Of a stretch of 64,000 nucleotides of DNA, positions 1 to 9,532 are shown piece after piece. The DNA is taken from the NCBI GenBank assembly GCA_034722055.1, contig JAYENL010000173.1, forward strand, positions 13,440 through 77,439, given 5' to 3'. The position numbers and the translations under genes were made by a program. How positions within the stretch are numbered: the stretch's first letter is position 1; each line of letters starts with the position of its first letter. The notes beneath the pieces are model-generated. The model saw only the letters and a program-made list of their open reading frames with translations, searched no databases and had not been told where the DNA came from. The stretch comes from Armatimonadota bacterium. Its GTDB lineage: Bacteria; Armatimonadota; Zipacnadia; Zipacnadales; UBA5352.

Positions 1-126
1 CACACGGCGAAGAGCAGGACACGAAGCCAAAGCCGCGAAGAGGCCGGCGAGGCAGCGGCTCTCTGATCGTGGCTTCGGCCGGGAAGGGACTACCTGCCTC
101 CGAGCAGTGGCTGACGGCGCGCGGCG

Positions 127-783
127 GTGATTCTCGTGACGTGCCGGCTGTGCGGTTCTGAAAACGTGTATCTGCTCCTGCGCGGTGGACAGCGGGCCCA
201 CCACCGGGAGTTCTTGCACTGTCGGCGCTGTGACCTGGTGTTCGTGCCGGACCGCTTCCTGCTCTCACCACCAGAGGAGCGCCAGCGCTACCTGCTGCAC
301 GAGAACGAGCCTGACGACGAGGGCTACTGGCGGTTCCTGGCGAGGTTGCGGGACAGCGTGGTTCCGCTGGTGGAGCCCGGCGCCGAGAGCCTGGACTACG
401 GCTGCGGTGAGCCACCGGTGCTGGTCATGATGCTGCGGGAAGCGGGCCTGCAGGCCCGCGGCTGGGACCTGTTCTTTCGCCGCGACGACAGCGGGCTGCA
501 ACGCACGTACGACCTCATCACCTGCAGCGAGACCGCGGAGCACTTCCGCGAGCCCCTCGAGGAGTTCGAGCGCTTCGACCGCCTACTGCGCCCCGGCGCG
601 GTGCTGGGCGTGATGACCGGGATGCTCGACGACTGGCGGGACTTCGGTGACTGGCACTATCGCCTCGACGCCACGCACATCAGATTCTACAGCCGGCGCA
701 CCATGGTGTGGATCGCCCGGCGCTTCGGCTGGGGCGTGCTCTTCCCGCGCACGGACGTGACGGTCTTCCGCACGCGGCGTTGA
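127..783 (+). CDS. Class I SAM-dependent methyltransferase with N-terminal Zn-ribbon
   Basis: CRLC...CRRC at the N-terminus, SAM motif LDYGCG, YDLITCSETAEH, and WHYRLDATHIRFY typical of Methyltransf_23-type proteins. Confidence 0.85.
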   Translation: MILVTCRLCGSENVYLLLRGGQRAHHREFLHCRRCDLVFVPDRFLLSPPEERQRYLLHENEPDDEGYWRFLARLRDSVVPLVEPGAESLDYGCGEPPVLVMMLREAGLQARGWDLFFRRDDSGLQRTYDLITCSETAEHFREPLEEFERFDRLLRPGAVLGVMTGMLDDWRDFGDWHYRLDATHIRFYSRRTMVWIARRFGWGVLFPRTDVTVFRTRR

Positions 784-852
784 GCGCAGGTCCGGGGCCC
801 TGCGGTACGGAAGTGTCACCCAGCGCCACCCGCCATACGGGGAGGACGGACC

Positions 853-3800
853 ATGATGTCGGCCATGCTCGCCCTGGCCCTAACCGCGGCACAGCCCGCG
901 GACGCACCGGTCTTCCACTACGACTTCGAGCAGTCCGAGGACTTCGCCGACTACGAGGGCCTGAGCACGGGCAATGCCACCCCGGCGATCGTCACGCCAG
1001 GCGCCGACGGGCAGGGCCACTGCGTCCGGCTCACCTCCCTCAGGCGCGGCAAGTACTGCACCCTCACCCTTGCCGGCCCCATGCCGGTGGTCAAGAACCT
1101 GGTGCTCTCCTTCGATTACCGCACCGAGATCGAGGAGGGCGTGCAGGGGCAGTACCTGGGCATCCTGTTCTTCTATGAGGATGGCAAGCAGTTCGGTCGC
1201 TTCGACCACCATTTCTCCCCCGAGTGGCGCCACGCTGAAGTGCCCATAGGCTCACTGAGGTCGCCGAACGAGGGTGTGCTCGAGATCGGCCGCGAGTTCG
1301 CGCGGCTCAATCTCTACGGCCGGGCGCCCGAGGACGGCGGCCTGATGACCGTGTGGCTCGACAACATCCGCCTCGGAGTCAAGCCTATGCTCAATGTCAT
1401 CAGGGACCGAGTCGAGACCTCCTACGCCAACCCGCCGATGTTCGCGTGGGGCGAGAGCCTGGTGCGGAGCAGGCTGCAGTACTCGCGCTCACCCGAGTTC
1501 CCCGAGCACCGGACGGTCACCGTCGCCACCGACTGGACCTTCCACACGCCTCCAGCGCCCCTCGAACCCGGCGAGTGGTTCTGGCGCACCTACACCGAGA
1601 CCGAGCTGACCGAGGGCTGGGGGGAGATCCATCGCCTCCGCATCCCGGAGCAGGCCCACCAGTTCACGACGCCGCCGGTGGACGCCGAGGCCCTCGCGGC
1701 CATGCCCCGCCCGCGGCTGATCGACGTGGAGGCGGAGCGCGAGCGCCTCGGCGAGGACGGTATTGCGAGCCTCATCGCGCGGGCGGAGTCATCGGCCGAA
1801 CAGCCCATCCCGGACGACCCGCCCATCTGGGAGGAGGGCGACGAGCGCTGGCCGGACTGGATCGACTGGTACCGCGATGTGGCAGGCGGCATCACCGGAC
1901 GCACCGGGCGGCGGCTGGAGCAGATGGCCCGGTGGGCGGCCATCACCGGCGACGAGCAGGTGGCGAAATGGACGACGGAGCTGGCTCTGGCGGTCGCCTC
2001 CTGGGACCCGGACGGTGGCAGCGCCATGAGCCGGGGCGACATCGCAGCCCAGCACCTGCTGCGTGGCCTCAACACCGCCTACGATGTGCTGCACGAGCGC
2101 CTGACCGATGACGAGCGGGCGATGATGCGCGATGTCATCGTGACGCGAGCGCAGGACTTCTGGGCCTACCTCAACCCGCTGCGGGCCAACCCCCACAACA
2201 ACCACGCCTGGCTCAAGGCGCTGGCGCTGGGACAGAGCGGCCTGGTGCTCGTCGGCGACCACGACCAGGCCCACCAGTGGGCCGAGTACTGCCGGCAGCT
2301 CTTCGTGGGCAAGTTCCTCAGCGGCCTGGGCTTTCAGGGCGAGAACAATGAGGGCCTCAGCTACTGGTCCTACGGCCTGAGCTTCATCATCGAGTACGCG
2401 GACATGATGCGAACGGTCTGCGGCATCGACCTCTACGAGCACCCGTGGCTGAGCCGGACGGCGCGCTTCCCGATGTACTGCGCGCCGCCCAATGCCTGGG
2501 GCGTGTCCTTCGCTGACACCGGGAGGCCCAATCACGGCGCACGGGGGCCCTACGCGCAATCCTACGTGGGCATGCTGGCGGAGCGCACCGGCGATCCCTA
2601 CGCGCTGTGGTACTCCGGGCGCCGGGAGGGTCTGGATGATCTCGCCCCGCGCCCACCGGTGGACCTCCCGCAGTCGATCCACTACCGCTTCATCGGCCTC
2701 GCCATCGCCAACACCTCGCTGATCGATGGCCGCGAGGGCGCCACCGTCGCCATGCACTCGGGGCCCTTCTGGGCCGGCCATCAGCACGCGGACCAGAACG
2801 CCTTCGTCATCCACGCCTACGGCGAGAAGCTGGCCATCGACTCCGGCTACTACGACTGGTACGGCAGCCCACACTTCAAGCAGTACTCCATCCAGACCGT
2901 GGCCCACAACTCCATCCTCGTCGATGGTGAGGGCCAGGCTGCGGTGACTAAGGGCGCCGACGGCCGCATCGACGCGTGGTTCGACGGCACGGGGCACACC
3001 TGGATGGTCGGCGACGCGTCCGATCCGGAGGTCTACGGAGGAAGGCTCTCGCGCTTCGACCGCCGCGTGCTGTTCGTCAAGCCCGGTCTCGTCATCATGC
3101 ACGATCTGCTGGAGGCGCCGGAGCCGTCGAGCTTCCAGTGGCTGCTGCACACGGTGGCGCCCATCGAGATCGATGAGAGTCGCCGTGCGCTGGACGTCGT
3201 CTCGGGTGACGCGGCGATGAGCGCCGAGATGCTGCGACCCGCGGAGCTGTCGTTCAGCATCGCAGATGAATACCCGGTGCATCCCTATGACGGCTACGGA
3301 ACCGTGCCCGTACCGGAGGAGGAGCTGGCCGAGGAGTGGCACCTCACCGCCGAGGCGCAGCCGGCGGCCGAGCGCCAGTTCCTGACGGTCTTCGACGTGC
3401 GACGCAGCGCGGAGGACGCCGCGTCGATCCGGGAGATCGACTGCGAGGGCGGCGTGGGGCTGCAGGTGGCGCGGGGCGGCGGCCGCACGACGGTGCTGCT
3501 GGCGCCGGACCGGCAGCCGGTGAGCCTGTCGGCCTCCGAGCTCGCGGCGGTGGCCGAGGTGGCGTCGGTGACCACCGAGCGCGGCGCGCTGGCCTCGGCC
3601 TGTGCCGTACACGCGAGGGAGCTGCGCTGGCGCGGCGAGCTGCTGTTCGCGATCGAGGAGGGCAGCGGGGACTGCAGCCTGGTGGCGACGGAGCGGGGTC
3701 TGATCGCGGACCTGTCCCTGCACGCAGCCGCGACGGTCCGGCTGCCGGCGGCGCACGGGCAACTGATCGTCGATGGCGAGCACGTGCGAGAGCGCGTCGA

Positions 3801-4665
3801 AGCCGACAAGCACCTCACCTTGGCGCTTCCCGTCGGCGAGCATACGATCGCCTGGGGCCGGAGTCCGGACCGCGCCCTCTCGCATCCGCTGGAGCCGCTG
3901 GCGGTTCGCGTCGGCGACACGGCCTCGCAGCTTCAGGGCCACGCCCGCCGGCGGGCAACGGACCTACGCAGGTACTGGTGGGGGCCGGTGGAGCTGCCGG
4001 CCGACGACCGCTACGAGGTCCGCCTGGAGGCCGCCGGCCCCCGGTCGCGCGTGACCTGGGACGGCCGGGGGGTGGAGCTGGAGGCAGAGGGCGAGGCGCT
4101 GACCGGTGTCATCTGGGACGAGCCCGGCCAGCATCACATGACTATCAGCGCGGCCGGGCCGATCCGGTCGGTGGCGCTGGTGCCGCGCGGCGTCAGCAGC
4201 GTCGCCGCGGAGATGCTGTCGAGGGAGTGGTCGCCTCCCGAGGGCGCGATCCTGCACGAGGCCGAGGACGTTGCCGAGGAGGGGGGCGTGAAGGGGCGGC
4301 TGATGGAGAAGGTCGGCGCCTCCGGCGGCATCGCTCACGCCGTCTGGGACAGCCCCGGCCAGTGGGCACGGTGGCGCATCGAGGTGTCCGCGGAGGGGGA
4401 CTACCAGGTGCTGATCCGGGCAGCCAGCGTCTACGACCGCATCGCCCGGGACCTGCAGCTCGACGGCGAGCTGCTGCAGGTGGCCTCGTTCGCCTCCACG
4501 GGCGGCTGGTGCCGGACCACCGACGACTGGCGCTGGTTCCGCCTCATGACTGAGGCCGGCCAGCCACTCGCCATCCACCTGAGCGCCGGCGAGCACGCCC
4601 TCCGCATGACCCGCCTGGCGGGCTCGATGAACCTGGACCTGTTCGCCCTCGTGCCGGCGCAGTAG
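853..4665 (+). CDS. Secreted DUF4962/heparinase II/III-like polysaccharide lyase with N- and C-terminal CBM-like domains
   Basis: GGAGG RBS, signal peptide, motifs HNNHAW, EGLSYWSY, GHQHADQNAF and AHNSILVDG; C-terminal HEAED...NLDLF resembles CBM6/35. Confidence 0.8.
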   Translation: MMSAMLALALTAAQPADAPVFHYDFEQSEDFADYEGLSTGNATPAIVTPGADGQGHCVRLTSLRRGKYCTLTLAGPMPVVKNLVLSFDYRTEIEEGVQGQYLGILFFYEDGKQFGRFDHHFSPEWRHAEVPIGSLRSPNEGVLEIGREFARLNLYGRAPEDGGLMTVWLDNIRLGVKPMLNVIRDRVETSYANPPMFAWGESLVRSRLQYSRSPEFPEHRTVTVATDWTFHTPPAPLEPGEWFWRTYTETELTEGWGEIHRLRIPEQAHQFTTPPVDAEALAAMPRPRLIDVEAERERLGEDGIASLIARAESSAEQPIPDDPPIWEEGDERWPDWIDWYRDVAGGITGRTGRRLEQMARWAAITGDEQVAKWTTELALAVASWDPDGGSAMSRGDIAAQHLLRGLNTAYDVLHERLTDDERAMMRDVIVTRAQDFWAYLNPLRANPHNNHAWLKALALGQSGLVLVGDHDQAHQWAEYCRQLFVGKFLSGLGFQGENNEGLSYWSYGLSFIIEYADMMRTVCGIDLYEHPWLSRTARFPMYCAPPNAWGVSFADTGRPNHGARGPYAQSYVGMLAERTGDPYALWYSGRREGLDDLAPRPPVDLPQSIHYRFIGLAIANTSLIDGREGATVAMHSGPFWAGHQHADQNAFVIHAYGEKLAIDSGYYDWYGSPHFKQYSIQTVAHNSILVDGEGQAAVTKGADGRIDAWFDGTGHTWMVGDASDPEVYGGRLSRFDRRVLFVKPGLVIMHDLLEAPEPSSFQWLLHTVAPIEIDESRRALDVVSGDAAMSAEMLRPAELSFSIADEYPVHPYDGYGTVPVPEEELAEEWHLTAEAQPAAERQFLTVFDVRRSAEDAASIREIDCEGGVGLQVARGGGRTTVLLAPDRQPVSLSASELAAVAEVASVTTERGALASACAVHARELRWRGELLFAIEEGSGDCSLVATERGLIADLSLHAAATVRLPAAHGQLIVDGEHVRERVEADKHLTLALPVGEHTIAWGRSPDRALSHPLEPLAVRVGDTASQLQGHARRRATDLRRYWWGPVELPADDRYEVRLEAAGPRSRVTWDGRGVELEAEGEALTGVIWDEPGQHHMTISAAGPIRSVALVPRGVSSVAAEMLSREWSPPEGAILHEAEDVAEEGGVKGRLMEKVGASGGIAHAVWDSPGQWARWRIEVSAEGDYQVLIRAASVYDRIARDLQLDGELLQVASFASTGGWCRTTDDWRWFRLMTEAGQPLAIHLSAGEHALRMTRLAGSMNLDLFALVPAQ

Positions 4666-4668
4666 GGC

Positions 4669-6018
4669 CTACGGCCCGCGCGCTGGACCCACGTGCTTGA
4701 TGCCAGAGATGCGCCAGCTCTGCGGCCCCACGCGCACCAGGTTGAAGCGGTAGGCCTCATCGCCCAGGTCGGCTACCGCGTGGCCACTATCCCGGTGCAG
4801 GGCGCATCTCCGGAGGTCCCACGGAGAGAAGAAGTCCCGGCCCGTCAGCCTGAAGAGCCCCATCCTGCGCGCGTCGTCCACGACCGTCGGCGAGGTGCAA
4901 ACGTTCAGCGCCATCTGCTCGCAGCCAAACTCAATTGCCTCCGTGAAGCGGAACACGACCCTCCGTGGCTGCTCCGACTTGGCGTACCAGACCTTGCGGA
5001 TGCGGTCGCCGACGCGCTTGTAGACGTAGTAGTCCCTGTCGAGGGAGGCCGACGTGTGAGGGCCAGTCCAGCACTTCCCGTAGGCGTGCGAGGCGACGAC
5101 CTCCATCACACCGTCGCCATTCATGTCGTCGAGCGCGCACCACCCCTCGTGGAAGCGGGCGTCATAGCCCGCAGGAGGCGAGTCCCACAGGTGCCAGGCT
5201 GCCACCGGGGGCCGTCCGCAATAGCCGACCAACCGCCACTGCCCTTCCTCGCTGTCCAGGAAGCCGCCTAAGGGAAACGGGGATGACCCCGTCCCGCCTG
5301 TCTCCCATCCACCACCGAACGCCGCCTCAAGGCGATCGCCATTGCGTGACACCGCGACATCGCCATACCACGCGCCATATACCTTCGGCTCGCCGGGTTG
5401 CCGGCCGATGTACTGCCGCCACGCGCCCGCGACGGGCCCATCAGGGCCTCTGCCGACGAGGACGTAGGTCATCGGCAATTTCGGCATGGTATAAGGATAC
5501 TGCGACCCGAAGGGGACCAACAAGGCGATGACCCGCCCGGCCGTGTCGCGTATCACCTGGCATTCCGGCTGCCACACATTCGTCGAGTAGCCCAGCTCCG
5601 GGTCCCAGGTGCGCGCCACGGTGTCGCGGTAGCGCAGCCAGGACGGCAGTCTGTCCTCAACGAACTCCGGAAGCTCCGGACGATGGTGGTCCAGCATGTC
5701 GATTGTATCGAGCCACCCATACCCGGGGAAGCCCGCCGCTATGCCGGAGGTCCTGAGCAGCTCGCACACTCGCTCGACGAGGGCCGGGTCGTCCCACACC
5801 CCCTCCGCCTCGATCATCTCGCCGAGGCCGCGCGCCACAAGCTGCCAGCCCTCGTGCTCCTGCGCGTCGGAGGCGTCACGCTCCGCTACCAGCCGCAGCC
5901 CACGCACGGCCACGTCGCACGGCCGCTGAGGGGCTCGACGAACACACACAGCCAGCAGCGCGCCCGCCGCGAGCGCGCCCAGCCCCCACCGAAGCCATCG
6001 GCGCCACGCCATAGACAT
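4669..6018 (-). CDS. Hypothetical exported protein with an FG-GAP-like motif
   Basis: 449-aa ORF with N-terminal hydrophobic segment and DMNGDGVMEVV; fills the gap between neighbours and converges on the lyase gene. Confidence 0.65.
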   Translation of the reverse strand: MSMAWRRWLRWGLGALAAGALLAVCVRRAPQRPCDVAVRGLRLVAERDASDAQEHEGWQLVARGLGEMIEAEGVWDDPALVERVCELLRTSGIAAGFPGYGWLDTIDMLDHHRPELPEFVEDRLPSWLRYRDTVARTWDPELGYSTNVWQPECQVIRDTAGRVIALLVPFGSQYPYTMPKLPMTYVLVGRGPDGPVAGAWRQYIGRQPGEPKVYGAWYGDVAVSRNGDRLEAAFGGGWETGGTGSSPFPLGGFLDSEEGQWRLVGYCGRPPVAAWHLWDSPPAGYDARFHEGWCALDDMNGDGVMEVVASHAYGKCWTGPHTSASLDRDYYVYKRVGDRIRKVWYAKSEQPRRVVFRFTEAIEFGCEQMALNVCTSPTVVDDARRMGLFRLTGRDFFSPWDLRRCALHRDSGHAVADLGDEAYRFNLVRVGPQSWRISGIKHVGPARGP

Positions 6019-6151
6019 CTCCCCCGCCGGACCGGCTTCCTCCTGCTGATGGTTTCTCCGCAGGCCCTCCCTGACCTGCTGGTGCAGGTGTCGCGCATGA
6101 CATGCGCGAAGAACTAGCCGGCAAGCAGCTCGTCAGCGGGAGGGGCAGGTC

Positions 6152-6817
6152 ATGCAGTGGGCAGTCATCTTCGACGTGGACGGCGTTGTGGCCGACACCG
6201 AGACGCTCAACGCGCGGGCCTCGGTGATGATGTTCGACGAGCTGTACGATACCCAGGTGCAGCCGGAGGACTTCCGGGCCTTCGTGGGCACCGGAGATGA
6301 GCGCTATGTAGAGGGCGTGGCGGAGAAGTACGGGGTGGAGATCGACACCGAGGCGGCCGTGGAGCGGCGCAAGGAGAACTTCTTCACGCTGCTGGAGAAG
6401 GCGCCGCTGCCGGCCATGCCGGGCGTGATGGAGATCGTGCAGGCGGCGCAGGTGGCTGCGGACGTGAGGATCGCCATCGCCACCTCCGGCAACCAGGACA
6501 AGCAGTTTCCGGTGATCGAGGGCACGGGGCTGAAGCTGGAGTGGTTCGACGCGGTCATCACCGGGGATGATGTCACCAGGAAGAAGCCCGACCCGCAGAT
6601 CTACCTGATCACGGCCGAGAGGCTGGGCGTCCCGCCGGAGCGCTGCGTCGTGCTGGAGGACGCGCCCGCCGGCGTCGGGGCCGCCAAGGCCGCCGGGATG
6701 GCCTGCGTGGCCGTCACCAGCTCCGTGAGCGCCGAGAGCCTGCAGGAGGCCGACCTGGTGGTGGACAGCCTGGCGCAGGTCGGCCTCGGCGCCCTCCGCA
6801 AGCTGGCCATGTCATAG
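6152..6817 (+). CDS. HAD-family phosphatase (beta-phosphoglucomutase-like)
   Basis: FDVDGVVADT, KKPDP and LEDAPAG HAD motifs. Confidence 0.9.
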   Translation: MQWAVIFDVDGVVADTETLNARASVMMFDELYDTQVQPEDFRAFVGTGDERYVEGVAEKYGVEIDTEAAVERRKENFFTLLEKAPLPAMPGVMEIVQAAQVAADVRIAIATSGNQDKQFPVIEGTGLKLEWFDAVITGDDVTRKKPDPQIYLITAERLGVPPERCVVLEDAPAGVGAAKAAGMACVAVTSSVSAESLQEADLVVDSLAQVGLGALRKLAMS

Positions 6818-6945
6818 CCGCAGCCTGCCCACGGACGAGGGCGGAACGGTGGCGCGTCTGAAGCCCCCCTTGTCTGATAGCCGCCAGTGGTGAGCAGGAG
6901 TAGTGCAGGACGAAGGCGCACTGTCTTGGCACAGCGAAGTGGCGC

Positions 6946-6967
6946 CCTGCCCCTGGCCAGGGGCAGG
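6946..6967. repeat. 22-bp perfect palindrome in a convergent intergenic region
   Basis: CCTGCCCCTGG|CCAGGGGCAGG. Confidence 0.8.
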
Positions 6968-7003
6968 AGGCCGAGGGAGGCGACAGACCGTCTCCCTTTT
7001 GTT

Positions 7004-7090
7004 GTGCTGTCTGGAGGGGCGGGACTACGCTCGCGCCCGGTCATTTGCCGTTGCCGTGCCGTCTGGAGGGGCCGGCCTCTGTTCCGGCCC
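7004..7090 (+). repeat. Tandem REP-like units (GYCGTNNGGAGGGG-type family)
   Basis: GTGCYGTCTGGAGGGGC at about 7004 and 7055, each followed by a GC hairpin. Confidence 0.6.
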
Positions 7091-7260
7091 GGCCGTTGTC
7101 CTTGGGGTTGATCGAACGGCAAACGGCAGCGTGCCTCATCGCTCGGCCCGCTCTCCCGAGCGTCCATGATGCACGGCAACCGCGGCAGGCAGCAGGCCCG
7201 CCCCCCGGACGAAGCAAAAAACGGGACGCCCGTGCCACGCAATGTCCGCGCCGTTGTCGT

Positions 7261-7295
7261 AGCTCGCAGCTCGTCGCTCGCAGCTCGTTGCTCGT
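7261..7295. repeat. Heptamer tandem repeat (NGCTCGY x5)
   Basis: AGCTCGC AGCTCGT CGCTCGC AGCTCGT TGCTCGT, immediately past the yhcH-like stop codon. Confidence 0.8.
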
Positions 7296-7297
7296 CG

Positions 7298-7750
7298 CTA
7301 CAGCAGCACCTTCACGACGATCTTCTCGATGTCGCCCTCCCCCACCATCGGCGCGTGGGCATCCCCGGGGAAGAACACCACGAACGTGCCCTCCAGCAGC
7401 GGGAAGTAGGCGTCGGGCTCATCCTCGAAGAGGATGACGTCCTTCGCCGGGTCGTACGCCTGGGTGGGCTGCTGGCAGTCTCCGGTGGCCTTCCAGCCGA
7501 ACAGCTCGTCGCCGGACACCACGTACTGGATGTCCACGTACCTCTCGTGTGCCTCGAGGACCGCCTCCTCCTGTGCCTTCAGCTCCCGGCGCAGCACATT
7601 GATGGTCAGGCGCTTGCCGTCGATCTCCGCCGGTCCGTCCGGCGCGCTCTCGAAGTCGAACTCTCGCAGCAGATCGAAGGCGGCCTGAAAGCGCGGGTGC
7701 ATTTCAGCGTAGCGGTCGGCGTTGTCGAGCCTGTCTAGGATCATGGTCAT
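7298..7750 (-). CDS. YhcH/YjgK/YiaL family protein
   Basis: MILDRL, LEAHERYVDIQY and FFPGDAHAP...KIVVKV signature. Confidence 0.9.
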   Translation of the reverse strand: MTMILDRLDNADRYAEMHPRFQAAFDLLREFDFESAPDGPAEIDGKRLTINVLRRELKAQEEAVLEAHERYVDIQYVVSGDELFGWKATGDCQQPTQAYDPAKDVILFEDEPDAYFPLLEGTFVVFFPGDAHAPMVGEGDIEKIVVKVLL

Positions 7751-7936
7751 GTCCTCTCACAGGGGGGATATGCTCACATCCTGTGCATTCCCCGCAGCAT
7801 CCCTGGCTCCCTCCGGTGCGCGACAGGGAAGATTCGCGAGGTGGGGCGGGGAATACGTGCTCCAGGTACAGGCTTCGCGCCCTGGTGCGGAGGACGCTTG
7901 TTCGCGTGCTGATGTCACGCTCGAGGTGACGACCGG

Positions 7937-9436
7937 ATGAAGCTGCAGTGCGTTCCGCCCACCGCGCTGACCGATGAGGAGATCGGGCAGATCACAGAGG
8001 CGGCCGTGCGCATCGCCGCGGACGTGCCGCTGCGGGTGACGGGAGCCTCACCGGGCGGGCGCGAGGACACGTACACCGACCAGCTCCTGGCGATGCTGCG
8101 CGCCTTCGGCTGCCGGGTCAGCGACGAGCAGGACCGCGTGCACTTCCCGGAGGAGGTCATCGGCCGCGTCACGGCGGCCATCGCGGGCCACCGCGCCAGC
8201 ATGCCGGAGTCGGAGGCGGACTATCCCGAGGAGCTGAGCATCAGCGCCTCCGGCCAGGCGCTGTGGTGCTGCGACCCTCAGGACGATCATCTGCGGGCGG
8301 CGACAGTGAAGGACCTGGCAGACCTCTCGCGCGTGGTGGACGCCATCGAGGGCCTCGGCCGCAGCCATCCCACCTTCATCCCCCAGGACGTCCCGGCGGC
8401 AACTGCGGAGGTCCACGCCTTCGCCACCATCATCCTCAACTCCAGCGGCCCCTACCGCGTCTCGGTGTACACCGCCGAGCTGCTGCCGCACTTCATCGAG
8501 CTTGACACCATCGCCCGCGGCGACCGGGAGGCGGTCAACTCCAGCCCCACCTTCGCAGCCAAGGCCTGGTGGAACACGCCCTTCATGCTCACCGGCGAGA
8601 ACATCGGCATCGCCATGAAGGCCCGGGAGTTGATGGGCCTGCCGGTCACGGTCTCCACCATGCCTGTGGCCGGGGCGGCCACGCCCACGACGCTGGCGGG
8701 CTCGCTGGCGCTGATGACGGCGGAGGTGCTGCAGTGCAACGCCATCTCGCTGGCGGTGGACGACCGCGTCATGGGCTGGACGGCGGGCCCGCTGACCATC
8801 GACCCCCGCTCGGGCATCCACACCCAGAGCGGCCCGGACACGCAGCTTCTGGGCCTGGGCGCGCAGCAGATCGCGGCGCACCTCTTCGGCGGCACGCTGA
8901 TGGTACAGGGGGGGCCGACCACCGGCGCCAAGGTGCCCGGCGCCCAGGCGATGATGGAGAAGACCGTCAACACCACCTGGGCGATCCTGGGCGGGCGGCG
9001 GTCCTTCGGCTCGCTCGCGACCCTGGCCTTCGCGGACGTGGGCAGCGTGGTGCAGCTCATGCTCGACATCGAGATGTGCAGCCACCTCCAGCGCCTGTTG
9101 CGAGGCATTCGGGTGGACGCCGAGACCATCGCGGAGGAGGTCATCCGCGAGGTTGCCCCCCGCGGGGCTTACTTCCTGGGCCACGAGCACACGGTCGAAC
9201 ACTTCCGCCAGGAGCTGTGGCTCCCGGAGCTGGTGGACCTGCGCGTGCCCATGGCGTGGATCGACGAGCCGGGGACCATGGTGGACAACGCCCGCGCCAA
9301 GGCCCTGCGGCTGCTGGAGACCGGCGAGAATCAGTGCCCGCTGACCGACCAGCAGCGGCAGCAGGTGCGCGAGGTGGTGGCGGACGCCGAGCGCCTGGCG
9401 GATGAGAAGGGCCTCGAAGATGCGAGGCGAATCTAA
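7937..9436 (+). CDS. Trimethylamine methyltransferase (MttB superfamily), non-pyrrolysine
   Basis: MPVAGAATPTTLAGSL, AKVPGAQAMMEK and FLGHEHTVEHFRQELWLP; no in-frame amber codon. Confidence 0.85.
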   Translation: MKLQCVPPTALTDEEIGQITEAAVRIAADVPLRVTGASPGGREDTYTDQLLAMLRAFGCRVSDEQDRVHFPEEVIGRVTAAIAGHRASMPESEADYPEELSISASGQALWCCDPQDDHLRAATVKDLADLSRVVDAIEGLGRSHPTFIPQDVPAATAEVHAFATIILNSSGPYRVSVYTAELLPHFIELDTIARGDREAVNSSPTFAAKAWWNTPFMLTGENIGIAMKARELMGLPVTVSTMPVAGAATPTTLAGSLALMTAEVLQCNAISLAVDDRVMGWTAGPLTIDPRSGIHTQSGPDTQLLGLGAQQIAAHLFGGTLMVQGGPTTGAKVPGAQAMMEKTVNTTWAILGGRRSFGSLATLAFADVGSVVQLMLDIEMCSHLQRLLRGIRVDAETIAEEVIREVAPRGAYFLGHEHTVEHFRQELWLPELVDLRVPMAWIDEPGTMVDNARAKALRLLETGENQCPLTDQQRQQVREVVADAERLADEKGLEDARRI

Positions 9437-9532
9437 GGACCGCGCCCTCCGGTGGAACCGACCTGCGCCATGAAGCGTCGAACCTATGCGGCACCGCGAT
9501 GCGATCTGAGGGGCGTGACTGGGGGATTGCCG

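Noticed and set aside
7937..9436. Pyrrolysine recoding in the MttB homologue
   Set aside because: ORF is full length with no internal TAG
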